A DNA stretch of 64,000 nt from Asterias rubens. Taxonomy: Eukaryota. This document shows positions 1-13,190 of the stretch, piece by piece (the first letter of the stretch is position 1; each line of letters starts with the position of its first letter). Made by a program: the position numbers and the translations under genes. The stretch is from the NCBI RefSeq assembly GCF_902459465.1, contig NC_047068.1:8990001-9054000 (forward strand), in the 5' to 3' direction. Under the pieces are notes generated by a model that ran no database searches, was not told the DNA's origin, and saw only the letters and a program-made list of their open reading frames with translations.

Positions 1-2320
1 AATTTGAAATCAAACTGCAATTTCAATTGTAATTGCATTTATATCAAATAATGAGACAAAAATTATTAACATGGGGCCTAACTACAATGACTGTAGGCAA
101 AGAAAAATGAATACATTGTAAATGCACCTGACTACAATTGGTTTATATTTGGACAGTAGCCCACTGTATTATTTCTGGATTTAAATCCAAAGAATTTGCA
201 ACTAACTTTTTAAAGTAATTTTTTCACCTGTTTAAAAATTAAACACAGCTACATGTATAGTGCAAACAATCGATTTTGATTGAGGCTTTATTCACAGCAG
301 AATGAAAAAGACATGTCCTTAACGCCCATTTGTGGGAAAAGCAAACACTCATACCCCCCTCCAAAAACCGTTAGATTCTTTTGTCCATTGAGATCGTTGG
401 TCACCCTTTTCATTGTGTGCGTAACAAAAGACCCTGTACTTAACATGACAATGAGGGCAGAAAGCGCCTAGTTTTGAACCAGTACTACTTCGATCGGTTT
501 GGGTCTTATTATGGTTTTAGACTGAGTCATGTGGGGTTAGGACAAGTGTGTACATCCGTGTTGAGAAATTGAGAGGTATTACATTGCACTGGTATTGATC
601 ATCAACAGGGGGGGGGGCTAAATGTGGGGGCGGGCGGTTAGGAAATGTTTGGGGGGGGGGGTAAATAAATGTGGGGGGGGGTGCGGGAAGCCTGTTGGCC
701 CACACCCACTTTTTGTATTCTTATTTATTTTTGTTGGTGGGCGAGCAACAACAATTAGTAAAAATAAAATGAAACAAGTGCCATTCTCATCTAATAGATG
801 AAATTTCAGGGTCTCCCCATACATGTGTCGGGCTGATACGTGCACATTTCAAGACTATTCTCAGAAGGGCAAGTCAGTTTTCCTTTGGTGAAGGGCACGT
901 CAATGAAGACAACATTGATGTTGATAATAACCGGGCCATGGAGACAATTATGTCCGTAATTAGCTACAGGACAAAGTCAGTTGGCTCAATAAGGACAATG
1001 TGCATACAATGTGCTTTAGACTAATCCGCCATCAGAGAACATAAGGAATATAGCTTTAAATGTTCACTGTTTTGGAACATCAAATGTTGGTGTACCAAGA
1101 TCAAAGTTCCTTAATTTATTGAATGACTTATTTCTCCCAAACTTTCAGGCAAAAATACTTCAAGGGAAGTTTTCCAACCTGACCGCCCTTTATACAATAA
1201 TGCACATCCTTTTAAATCCCCAACACGAGAGGTGGTGGAAATACCGATCCATGACAAACACTATGAACGTCATCCACTTTGCTAGTTTCATATTTGAACA
1301 TTGTAACAATGATAGCATCAGGTTTTTAATCAATAATTCTCGTATTAGATTTTTATCGGCTGCATTGTATGAGTCATACCGTTTTTAAAATTAACAAATA
1401 CAGCTGCTGGTAAAACAACTGTGGTCCCCACCCTAGACAGAATACTGTAGAGTTCATGAACCACACTGGCATGTAGCGCACATATTTTATGTACGTCATA
1501 AACACTCATTCATGGAAAAGATAATGGATTTTGACAATTGATGGTCTAAAAATGTTTGTGCAGTGAAATGTCTGACAAGATTTGAAAGACTTGAAAAATC
1601 AATGACAAATCGTAAATTGTAATACTACTATCTTTTGACTCGAATGAATTATTTCCACCAAGAATAACATTCTTCCACACACATCAATTCTTTTTAAAGA
1701 ACGCTCTACAGACATTTGTTGTACTGGATGTGTTTCTCTGCGCAATAAATTTCAATAAATAAAAATAAAAAAAATTATTCTCGGATAGCTTTCAGTTTCT
1801 AGCCTGGAGTTTCGTCTAGAAACAGAAGGCTGTTTTTGGCAAATGCCACCCAAGTAGATTACTTTTAAGTACTTCTGTTATTTAAAGTCTATACTTTGCT
1901 GGGGAACCAAGCAGTGAAAGCACATTGTTTGGTCGTTATGGCTCCAAAGTTTTAACATCTATATTTTTTAACATAAGCGACTATAAAAACGACCAATGTC
2001 AAAAGGGAAGCATGATGTATTATGACTAATGGCAACGTGTATGAGAAAAGTCCATAGCAGCCCAACATTAATGGACGAGACAACACTAATCCTACCTAGA
2101 ACTATGAGGTTTGTTTTACTATCAAGTATCTGCTATCGCTTCCACGAACCATGACTATGAAATTTGTGGAGACAATAGTAGCTGAACAACCTCAACATTG
2201 GTCTCCCTCCGCTTATTACATGGGGCTAGGGGGAGACCCTCCCCCTTCGGGCAGAAGAGGTCATGGCCTCTCCTGCTTTGGAATGTCTCTATTCTCAACT
2301 GTTCTCCATGGTTCTACCAT

Positions 2321-2470
2321 AGACCTTATTGCAAATACCAATGCGCAAGCGCAGACTGTTGAATGAGGTGCATTGTGGGATAGATATCGATCAAATTTTG
2401 ATATCAGCTAGACCACAATGCACCTAATTCCAAGCTTCACGCGTGCGCCCCAGTATTTGCGAAAAGGTCT
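2321..2470. mobile_element. Small non-autonomous DNA transposon (MITE), possibly PIF/ISL2EU-like
   Basis: Imperfect terminal inverted repeats AGACCTTATTGCAAATAC ... GTATTTGCGAAAAGGTCT, flanked by AT on both sides. Confidence 0.5.
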
Positions 2471-2592
2471 ATGGAGCTATAAGGTTCTACCAATACCATG
2501 GTTCTTATACAACAAAGCTTTTGAAATAAACATCTAAAACAATGCCTGATTTTCCTACACTACAATTTCTAATAATATAGTATAATATCAAG

Positions 2593-2724
2593 GGATAACA
2601 TTCCGTATGGCGCCACCACTTTTTTACTAATTTTTACAAAAAAGGATATCTCATTGAGGTAAATTAGATACTATATTATTTCATATGGAATGAAAAAGTG
2701 GTGGCGCCATACGGAAACTTTTCC
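2593..2724. mobile_element. MITE with 8-bp target-site duplication, Merlin-like
   Basis: TIRs of about 32 bp (GGATAACATTCCGTATGGCGCCACCACTTTTT versus GGAAAAGTTTCCGTATGGCGCCACCACTTTTT). ATATCAAG direct repeat at 2585-2592 and 2725-2732. GG...CC termini with an 8-bp TSD fit Merlin (inference). Confidence 0.65.
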
Positions 2725-3067
2725 ATATCAAGTTACATTTCTCAGTTCATTGACTCTTGAATAGGGCCCTCCTTAGTTCAAATCATTGTTCATAAATTTC
2801 CATTTTAGTAAAAAAATTTGCAGGCAAAATTTTCAAAACATGGGGGTCCTTCCTCCTGATCAAAATACACCAACTTAGTCCATGGAAGAAGGAAAATCCT
2901 CCATGCTTAGTCCAGCTACCAAACCTCCTAAATTGTATAATCGTGTATTGTACTCAACAGAAAACATGAACACATCTAGCTGACTGCCGCTGCCGACATC
3001 AATTTGTGAATCTGTTTGTATCCTGTTAATCCTGGCAACTGACTGACTATCAAATAGAAGTACTCAC

Positions 3068-3187
3068 GTCTTGATCGTGAACTCCGAAGTCTTTCGCCAA
3101 ATCTGCAAATCTATCCGCCGTGATGTACCCGAGGTTTCCTTCGTCCAGAGCCTCAAAAACAGTCCTAAGATGCCGATCAGAGGCCAT
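3068..3187 (-). CDS. First coding exon of an EF-hand protein, Rab11 family-interacting protein 3/4-like; gene continues towards and beyond the window start
   Basis: Not in the ORF track. Minus strand GCC-ATG-GCC reads MASDRHLRTVFEALDEGNLGYITADRFADLAKDFGVHDQD, then a GTGAGT donor (phase 0). It contains an EF-hand loop, and LRTVFEALD resembles, from memory, the LRAVFDALD N-terminal EF-hand of vertebrate RAB11FIP3. Confidence 0.7.
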
Positions 3188-6092
3188 GGCCTAAATAAGA
3201 TTATCAATTCCTTTCTCCATGAAAGACTTGCCTCACAATTTCGCTGACATTTTCGAGGAAACTCCGGGAGGAAAATTCAAGCGTTGCTTTCGTATCCTGT
3301 TGTTACCGCATCATCAGCTGTGTGCGTGTGTTGTGTCTGCTGCTGTTTTGTGTACATTTTCCTTACCGTCCCGTATAAAGGACCGCACCACGCGCTAAAC
3401 ATAAACTTGTACAAGCCTGTCTGTCACTACTTTATTGCGGTACCTCCCAACGTTGGGATAATCATGGAGGAATAAATTAGAATAAAATCTTGGATCGCCA
3501 ATTCAAAAATCGCCGTAAAAACTTTGGCTTATTATTGCAGTGGTTTTGCACTGTTTTTGGTATGAGTACTGTTTTTATAGTTTATCGTCAACACCCCACC
3601 CATAAGATAACAGTTTAATTATCATATTCTCACAACAGCTCAAAAGTTACAAAGGACTTGGAGCAACTTTAAAACACAGCGTTTGTTGACTTTCATCTTT
3701 GGTCAACCATGGAGGATGGGTCACCAACTCAATTTCTAAAAAACTTGTGTTTCGGTCACTTCAAGGCTAAGGTCTATTCGCGAAAAGATTCAAGGTGAAT
3801 CAGCTATAATAGACTCAAACAATGGATGTCTGACAAACAATAATAAAGTGTGACGCATACTGTGTATGTGTTATTGGTGGTGGTTTGGGACGGAGGGGGG
3901 GGGGGGGGGGGGGGGGGCTAGATGCAACTCGGAGAACACATCGTTTTAGAGGTAGATAGTGATGGATTATCGGTGACAACCTCCACGATACAAGCTAGAT
4001 TCAGGAAGATAAATTACCATAGTCAAAGTTACATACATTATATCGTACATGTTACTCCTTTTTAATCTGATTAATTGAACTCTGAACTTGTCACTCACAT
4101 AACCGTTAAATTTAACAATGAGAGTGTAGGGCAACATCACCCCCCCCCCCCCCAAAAAAAAAAAAAAAAAAAAAAAAAACTCGTGATTTTAAAGTTCAAG
4201 CATCGGAGATAAATGATGGTTGGAGTAATTACAAACATACAATTTGGATAGTGTTTTTTTTTCTGTGCAAGAACTTTATTGAGTGCGAAAGTGGTACATT
4301 CAATAGCCATGAAACGTTTAAAAATATTCTTTAAAAAAATAAAAGAATAAAATGAAAGAATAAACGAACTACATAAGAATACATAAATAAGTAGCAACAA
4401 ATAATAAGGAATAGCTAAATAAAAAAAAGTCAACAAATTAATTAACAAATATAATAATAAGAGATATGGGCCTATATATAAGCAAACAACATCATTTTTT
4501 TTTTTTTTTCATTTTCAGCGATTTCATCTCAGTTATTGTACCGTATGATATACTGCATAACCAAAAGAGGGCGCTATTCTATACTAACGGGGCCGGCCAA
4601 AATAAATTGACTAATAGAACTGTGAGGTAGGCCAACGCTGAGTAAACTAATCATAGCAAAATGTAGGAGCATTTTTTTTTAAACAAAGTAACTACAGGAC
4701 AAAAATGTAATATTGACATGCCTGCACATTTACATTGAGCCTCCTCTCAAATAATCCATTGTTTTTTTTTTAAATAATAATAATAATAATGTTATAAACA
4801 CTGGGTGCAGGAGAACTACTTTTAGGAAAATTAATGGTTTTACAAATTTACGTGGTAAGAAAGAATATTCCAGAAATGTGTAAACCTCACTAGTTTAGTA
4901 ATTCTTAGACGGCCTCTTTAAGAATTAAATCAGTTTCAGATACTTTAAACAAAATTGAGAAACATTTTACTTCGAAGTTATCATGGTTATATAAAAAGAT
5001 ACAATTTTTTTGCCTCCAAAACAAATTTGAAAATAAAAGGCTTTACTGCGGTAACGCTTCTCAGATTGTGTATTCCTTTAGGAATTATTCTGTATTTCTG
5101 CGTCGGACATTCGCTCCGGAGTTCAGGGGATATCTATAACGCAACCACCTTTTGAAATGAAATTTTCACTGGTAAATAATTGTTATTGTACGTACACTTA
5201 ACTAACATTAATACATTTTTGGTTTTTGCTGGCCGTGTAAGAACTTTATGTAATCCGCCATCTTGGTCACGAGAGAATAGTGAGAAGAAAAAAAAAACGA
5301 TTACAAATTTTGCATTGTATCGATGCCAAAACAAACAAATTAATGAATAAAACGCTCACTGAGCGATAAACTCCAAACGCGAAATTAGATTATTTATTTC
5401 TCATCAAATATGAAATTTCAGACAGAAATATTTCAAGGGATGTTTATCATCATCATTAGAACGTGTAAGTTGGGGGTGTTTGAAGTTGTCTTTCCCACGA
5501 AGTTGGTTCATAACTGTGTTGTCTCCTACAACCACATACTGATTCGATCATTCTGTCTTTTAAACCGTCAAGTTTGTTTTCAAGGAACACGTTGCCTTGG
5601 ATCGGTCGAGTTGGTCTTTGAAAAGCGTTTGTAACCGTTTGTTATGAAGTACATTATGGTTAGAAAGATGTTTTAAAGTAGAATACAATGATCTACACAA
5701 ATTTGCCTCGAAATTGCGTGGTTTTCCTTTTACTTTGCGAACTAACACCGTCGGCCATTTTTGGGAGTCAAAAATTTGACTCCCATAAAACAAATGGCCG
5801 ACCGTGTTAGTCGGCAAGGTAAAACGAAAACCACGCAATTTGGAGTGTCACTCTAAACACAGTTTTCCCACAAGTGTCATCAAAATACCATAGGTTACCA
5901 CACCATGTAAAATGACACGTACCCGTCGCACGAGTGACAAGCTCAGTTGTGTTATATATTTACCTTCGTGCTTGAACAATAATTTTGGAGAGAGCACAAT
6001 GGTGTTTACATTTCGAACTATTGGTGCGTAAGTAAATTTTGCAAATTAGCTGGCTACAGCCAAACGGTTGGGATGGCAACCTGAAAACACAC

Positions 6093-6794
6093 AATAATAA
6101 TAATACAATCGAAGTCTTATATAGCGCACGTATCTACTAAACAACGTACTATTTGTTTATACAAACTTTCAGAAAGATAGGTTATTGCAGTGATGAATTT
6201 TGAAACCCAATTAGTTGGCACATTATAAGAATTTACAAGGTGCTGTGTCGCATACAGCAGCCACAGCCAGGAAAACCGGGGTGAACTCCTTCTCTTTTCG
6301 ATAAGTGCACTGGGTTCGTTTACATGCGTTTACACAACACATGGGACCAACGGCTTTACGTCCCATCCGAAAGACGAAGCAATGGTTAAGTGTCTTGCTT
6401 AAAGACACTGGATACTATTGGTAATTGTCAAAAGACCAGTCGTCCCACTTGTTGTATCACCCTTGTCACACGAAGTTGTGTGCGTTCAGATGCTTGATTT
6501 TGAGACCTCAAATTCTAAACCTGAGGTCTCGTAATCAAATTCGTGGAAAATTACTTCTTTCTCAAAAACTACTCCACTTCAGCCGTTTCTCACAATGTTT
6601 TATTCTACCAACCTCTCCCCATTGCTCGTTACCAAGTAAGGTTTTACGCTAATAATTATTTTGAGTAATGACCAATAGTGTCCACTGCCTTTAAGGAAAG
6701 TGTCACGGCTTGGGATTCGAACCCACACTCTGCTGATCAGAAACACCAGAGTTTGAATTCGGTGCTCCTAATCGCTCGGCCACGAAACTTCCAC
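6093..6794 (-). mobile_element. tRNA-derived SINE with (ATT)n tail, interrupted by a TTAA MITE
   Basis: Minus-strand head has A-box TGGCCGAGCG and B-box GGTTCGAATCC; AAT-repeat tail at 6093. Same family as 11798-12604, 14200-15013 and 48436-48886. Confidence 0.8.
6403..6690. mobile_element. TTAA-targeting MITE (Kolobok-like), internally deleted copy
   Basis: TIRs AGACACTGGATACTATTGG / CCAATAGTGTCCACTGCCT. TTAA at 6399-6402 and 6691-6694. The uninterrupted SINE near 48780 has one CTTAAGG here, which shows the TSD. AG...CT termini with TTAA suggest Kolobok rather than piggyBac. Confidence 0.75.
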
Positions 6795-7377
6795 AAGTGT
6801 CACCGATGTTTTAAAGAGCCAGTCAAGAGACAATAAGAGCACACCGAGATCCTGGGGACTATTGTAGTTATTATATATTATTCTGATCCAATTTAGCCAG
6901 GGCAGAATTATCCCAGTTCACACCGGTCGCACGGAGAGTGGGCGGGGTGGGGGGGGGGGTTCAGCCGATGGGTGTCTTCCTTTGAAAATGCTGTTTGTCT
7001 TTATCTAATGAAGTTGATTTATGCTGTCTCTTACACATGCACTTAATGCTTCAGTTAGTCTATTGTATATTCTGTTTTAAACTGCCAAAGTTTGTTTTAA
7101 ACTGTCTCGGAGTAAACGCACTATTGAAGGTGTTCCCTGTCGGTTCATGCCGGTCATTGCCGGTGATTAGACTGCCGTGAAGAACAAAACAGATTGGTGT
7201 GAATTGAAATACTCATACAAGTCAAAAGTGAAAGTTCAGCTGAATACAGTGCTGCCTAAACTTGCTGCTAAATCAGGAAATATTCATGGCGACTTCACAG
7301 GAACGTCGAATACATCCACGGTGAGTGATTTCAGCGGGTATCGTATCTCTGGCCACATCAATCGCTAACGGACACCG

Positions 7378-7736
7378 TTATAGTTCAAAGTAGACACAAC
7401 CCTCAATATCCTTGCAGGCTGACCTCCACACAACCAAACTCCTTCTTGAACAACATCTGTGCAGCCGATCCACATACCAACGCTCTCTTTCACTGCCCAT
7501 TCGTAGATGAAGTGGTTTTCTTCTCTTGAATCAGGCACTACGAGGTTGCTCCCTGGTCGCTTGCATATCGCATCGGCTTGCATCCAGTTCATCTTATCAG
7601 GGAGTAAGATGTAGCAAGACTCACGCCATTTTACCCAGCCAGTTGGACACGAGGAGAGGACGATACCAATGCGTTGCATTGTCGTCAATATTAAGAGATG
7701 AAACAGAATGGTATTCATGCTTTGAAGAAACAACAT
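7378..7736 (-). pseudogene. L1: CTLD-PAN lectin copy with an internal deletion of about 0.4 kb
   Basis: Signal peptide plus CTLD N-half (CPTGWVKWRESCY...WIGCTDVVQEGVWLCGGQPA) joined directly and out of frame to the terminal DIEGCVYFEL* sequence. Confidence 0.9.
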
Positions 7737-7806
7737 TATCTTGCTGCTCATCAACTCGGGTCTTGTCACTTATAAACACGGTCTGCCTACTGAATTTAAA
7801 GTGACA

Positions 7807-7960
7807 TACGACACCACACCATAGGCCTTTCGTCGCAACATGGTCAAAATAGACGAGCTCGGTTGTTTACATACGACACCACACCATAGGCCTTTTGTCA
7901 CAACATGGTCAAAATAGACGAGCTCGGTTGTTTACATACTACACCACACAATAGACCCTT
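7807..7960. repeat. 65-bp tandem repeat (about 2.4 copies) upstream of L1
   Basis: TACGACACCACACCATAGG... recurs at 7807 and 7872, and degenerately at 7937. Confidence 0.85.
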
Positions 7961-9224
7961 CGTAGACAAGCTGAGTTGTTGCTATCCTAAACTGACGAGT
8001 TACTTGGAGCTTATGGCACGTATAACTTATAAAAACACTTTATTACCAAACCGTAATGACAAAGGCCCGTTATCCGTTCGACAAGCTCAGTTATTGGTTC
8101 TTTATTAAATTTCTAGCATACACTTATTTATTGGAGATACCCTTGGGACTGTTGTTAGCATAAAGACCTTCACATTGTTCGCAAAATTAGCTATACGGGC
8201 AACCGGAAAACCTCTTGTACCTGACATTTTCAAGGATCTGTATCAAAGATAGCATGAACACAACAGGGGATATTAACTATGGATCCACGGCCCATCTCAT
8301 AATAGCCACCAACAAAGGATCGTGCGAGCTTGGCTTCGCACATCACAATACGCCTACTTCGGACTCAATATTGCCACGATGACGTCAGACTGTTCTTAAT
8401 GGACACGAAGCAACCATGTTGGGGAATTAATTAACCGATTTTGTGAATTTTTTTAGGGTTTTATTTGAGCCACGGGAATGATTTGTTGAAATCAGTGAGT
8501 AAAGTTGCGCAGCTAGCGACAGAATCGAGACCTCTAAAAGTCAGAGTAATGAGGCTTATATTTTATGCAAATGAATATAACACTAAGAATACGTTCACTG
8601 TGTAGTCTAGGATCGGTTCCCGTCATGGGGGGGGGGGGGGGGGCGTTCAGCAGGAACTAATGAAAGCGGAAAAGCATTCATCAAATTCTATCAAAATGTA
8701 TAAATCAATGGAACGATTTTTTATTTCTAAACACATAATTACAATAACACAGCACTTTCAAATTATATTGTTTATGGAATAACAACACGGAGATTAGAGT
8801 TAAAAACACGTTTGGCTAGTACACAAAATATTGACTGCTTAGAGTGCTATGGTTAAAACTACGACTCCCGAGGTGATCCCCGGAGAGTTCTATTTTAGAA
8901 TAGAACGGTCCGGGGATCACCGAACTTGAAACTCAAGAAAACATGTAATTTTTAGAAAACGGAGTCCAAAAATCTTTGAGGGCGCACTTGGTATCCTTGT
9001 ACGAGAGCACGAGAGTTACGGCAATTTGCGATTCAGAAGCCATTTTATTCCCCAAGAAACGCACGGACGAACACGGAGTAGTCGGCCCATTAGGTTGGGA
9101 GACAACATGGCGTCCAGCAATCACGTGACAAAAAACTGCATTTTTTTGTTTCACCTTCGTGTCGCAACTCCCTCAGTACACAGCTCCGCCCTGCAATAGC
9201 AACACATTATTTGCCGATCATTTG

Positions 9225-9520
9225 GGTGACATGATTGGCTTGTTGGCTCGCCTCTTACCAAGGTGACCCCGGTTCGATTCCCGGACAGGGCCATATGTGA
9301 GTTGAGTTGTGCGTTGGTTCTCTGCTGTGCCATGAGGGTTCTCCAGAACATTCGGTTTTCCCCCCCTCGGGAAAAATCAAACACTTTCGATCTTTGGCTA
9401 TGCTTCGTGGTTATAATGGGTTGATGTGGCTGGCAGCCAAAGGGGCCCTTGCATGCCTGCTTCTCTAACACGTTGTAGCCGCGTCATTCGCAATATTCAG
9501 CACTTCGCTGTGAGTAAGGT
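9225..9520 (+). mobile_element. Degenerate tRNA-derived SINE of a second family
   Basis: B-box GGTTCGATTCC at 9271-9281, followed by a GAGTTG...GGTTCTC...CCGGTTTTCCCC-type core resembling V-SINE-like domains (from memory). Boundaries are approximate. Confidence 0.5.
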
Positions 9521-11345
9521 TTTGTTTAGCCCCCCCCCCCAAAAAAAAAAAAACAAAATAAATAAATAAAAAAAATTATGTTATGTTAAACGCAACGAGT
9601 TTGATAATAGGAGGCGTTGAGAACAAAAATGTGCATTGTCATTATCATCCAGATATAAAGTTGAATTGTACTTAGTGCTCAGGATTTAAGGAAAAAGACT
9701 ATTGACGTTATTGGCGTCAATAATTTGTGAAAATTGGTCAAGAAGATTACGTCACAAGACGCATGTGCGTGGACTGTCCAATCACACACACACGATGGTG
9801 CATTGCAGTTGCTTTTGCCAACTTTCTGCAATTTGAGGAATAAATGAAACAATTCAATAATTTATGTCAAATGAATTCAGGACCTAACACGACTGCGCTC
9901 CTACAATAAAATTGAGTAGTTTCTACATAGCAGTATGGGTGCCAAACAATAATGTTGCGAGAGGAATCTACTTCACAAAAAAATATCGACTTGTGATTAT
10001 AAAGTTTTCTCTTCATAAAACCTGTATATCGCCGTGTATTATTTACTGTTGACTCCAGTTAAACTGGTGTATTTCAAGCGAATACACACTTAAGGTTCTT
10101 CTCACTGGATGTATCTCAACATATTATGCATTATAACACACCTGTGGAAATTTGAGCTCAATTTGTAGACGAAGTTGCGAGATAATAATGAAGAAAAAAA
10201 ACCTTGTCATACGAAAGTTGTGTGCTTTAAGATGCTTATTTTCGAGACCTCAAAATCTAGTTCTGAGGTCTCGGAATCAAATTCGTGTAAAATTACTTCT
10301 ATCTCGAAAACTACGTCACTTCAGAGGGAGCCGTTTCTCACAATGTTTTATACTATCAACCTCTCCCCATTACTCGTTACCAAGTAAGGTTTTATGCTAA
10401 CAATTGATTTGAGTAATGACCAATAGTGTCAACTGCCTTTGTTTACCTAACTATCTGATGATGCCTGTAATTTGTGCAAGAAAGAAGATGGCAGCCGTCT
10501 CTTTACGAAACATCCACCCGAGCCAAAATGGCCCTACGTGACGTTAATTGCTATTAAGAATCCGTCGATTTTTGTTAACATCTGCGGTTTAAAGTCACCT
10601 GGAAGTGGTATTTTGTCAAAATAAAGCTTTTGTCACTAAAATATGTGTTTTGATGAGTGGAATATTAGTAAAACAATAAATTAACTTAAGGTTTATAACA
10701 AATTAGTTTCCATGTTATTTACTCGAGAGGGCGCTGATCGCGACGTCAATCGAGGCGCGATGAATCGCATGTTCAGTGCCAGCACAAGATAGTGAGGCTT
10801 GGCGCAAGCTAAAAACATACCCTCAAAGTTGATTGAAACAATACCTGATTTTTTTCACGTTAGGCAAATGCTCCTTTAGGTTCGTTACGTCTTTCTGGTA
10901 CCTTCTTCCACTTCCCCACTAGATGGAAAAATTGTTAGGATGGCGTCATGTTTTAGAAAAGAACTTTTCTCTTCATGTCAAAATGTGTATTGTATTCGAC
11001 CGGATTCTTGCAGCACGACGCGTCGTGACGGATCGGAGTGTTTGCTGCACAGCGCTGGAAAAGACGTCGGACCGGACCATATTGCAAACTGACCCCAGCT
11101 TTAGTTGTTTTGCTGCATCAAGCAGCAATACACCTGGTCGACATTGCCGGAAAAATGAAAACAAAAAAAAACTTTTTCGAAACGTACAAACTCACGACTA
11201 GGACTTGAATGTTAGATCGAGGCAAAGTCTGCCTCGATTGACGTCACAAAATGGGTAGGCGGAGTCACCCCACACAACTTTTTTTTAAAGCATATAAATC
11301 GTTTAAAACAATTACTCAAAAAAATGTATTGTTCAAGAACATACT

Positions 11346-11525
11346 CTTGCATGCCGCCTCGGCTTGTATCCAGTTCATCTTCTCAGGGAGTAAGATGTAG
11401 CAAGACTGACGCCATTTTACCCAGCCAATTGGACAAGAGGAGAGGACGATAACAATGCTTTGTACTGTCATCAATATCAAGAGATGAAACAGAATGAAAT
11501 TCTTTCTTTGAAGAAAAAACATCAT
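11346..11525 (-). pseudogene. L2: 5' fragment of a CTLD-PAN lectin
   Basis: MMFFLQRKNFILFHLLIL...CPIGWVKWRQSCY...EAACK; homology then stops abruptly at a transposon-like segment (about 10590-11340). Confidence 0.85.
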
Positions 11526-11797
11526 CTTGATGCACAACAACTCTGGTTTCCATGTCACTCTAAACACAGTTTTCCACAAGTGTCATCAAAACACCATAGG
11601 TTACCACACCATGTAAAATGACACGTACCCGTCGCACGAACGACAAGCTCAGTTGTGTTGTTTATTTACCTTCATGCTTGAACAATAATTTTGGAGAGAG
11701 CACAATGGTGATACACTTCGAACTGCTGGTGCGTAAGTAAATTTTGCAAATTAGCTGGCTACAGCCAAACGGTTGGGATGGCAACCAGAAAACACAC

Positions 11798-12604
11798 AAT
11801 AATAATAATAATAATAATAATATCGAAATCGTATATATTGCACGTATCTACCAAACAAGGTACTCAATGCGCCGAGTATTTTTTTATACAAACTTTCAGA
11901 AAGATAGGTTATTGCAGTGATGAATTTTGAAACCCAATTAGTTAGCGCCTTATTAGGGTTTACAATGTGCTGTGGCGCATACAGCAGCCACAGCCAGAAA
12001 CATCGGGGCGCACCCCTTCTCTTTTCGATACGTGCACTGGGTTCTTTTACATGCGTTTACACAACACATGTGACCAACAGCTTTACGTCCCATCCGAAGG
12101 ACGAAGCAATGGTTAAGTGTCTTGCTTAAAACACTGGACACTATTGGCAATTGTCAAAGACCAGTCTTCTCACTTGTTGTATCTCAACATATGCATAAAA
12201 TAACGAACCAGTGAAAATTTGAGCTCAATCGGTCGTCGAAGTTGCGAGATAATAATGAAAGAAAAAACACCCTTGTCACACGAAGTTGTGTGCGTTCAGA
12301 TGCTTGATTTTGAGACCTCAAATTCTAAACCTGAGGTCTCGTAATCAAATGCGTGGAAAATTACCTCTTTGTCAAAAACTACTCCACTTCAGCCGTTTCT
12401 CACAATGTTTTATTCTACCAACCTCTCCCCATTGCTCGTTACCAAGTAATTTTACGCTAATAATTATTTTGAGTAATGACCAATAGTGTCCACTGCCTTT
12501 AAGGACACAAGTGTCACGGCTTGGGATTGGAACCCACGCTCTGCTGATCAGAAACGCCAGAGTTTGAATTCGGTGCTCTTACCCGCTCGGCCACGACACT
12601 TCCA
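11798..12604 (-). mobile_element. SINE with nested TTAA MITE (12130-12498)
   Basis: Same nested structure and insertion point as 6093-6794. Confidence 0.8.
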
Positions 12605-13190
12605 CAAGTGTTACCGATGTTTTAAAGAGCCTGTCAAGAGACAATAAGAGCACACCGAGATCCTGGGGACTATTGTAGTTATTATATATTATTCTGATCC
12701 GATTTATCCAGGGCAGAATTATCCCAGTTCACACCGGTCGAACGGAGAGTGGGCGGGGTGGGGGGGGGGGTTCAGCCGATGGGTGTCTTCCTTTGAAAAT
12801 GCTGTTTGTCTTTATCTAATGAAGTTGATTTATAATGTCTTTTACACATGCACTTAATGCTTCAGTTAGTCTATTGTATATTCTGTTTTAAACTGCCAAA
12901 GTTTGTTTTAAACTGTCTCGGAGTAAACGCACTATTGAAGGTGTTCCCTGTCGGTTCATGCCGGTCATTGCCGGTGATTAGACTGCCTTGAAGAACAAAA
13001 CAGATTGGGGTGAATTGAAATACTCATACAAGTCAAAAGTGAAAGTTTCGGCTGAATACAGTGCTGCCTAAACTTGCTGTAAATCAGGAAATATTCATGG
13101 CGATTTCATAGGAACGTCGAATACATCCACGGTGAGTGATTTGACAGCGGGTATCGTATCTCTGGCCACATCAATCGCTAACGGACACCG

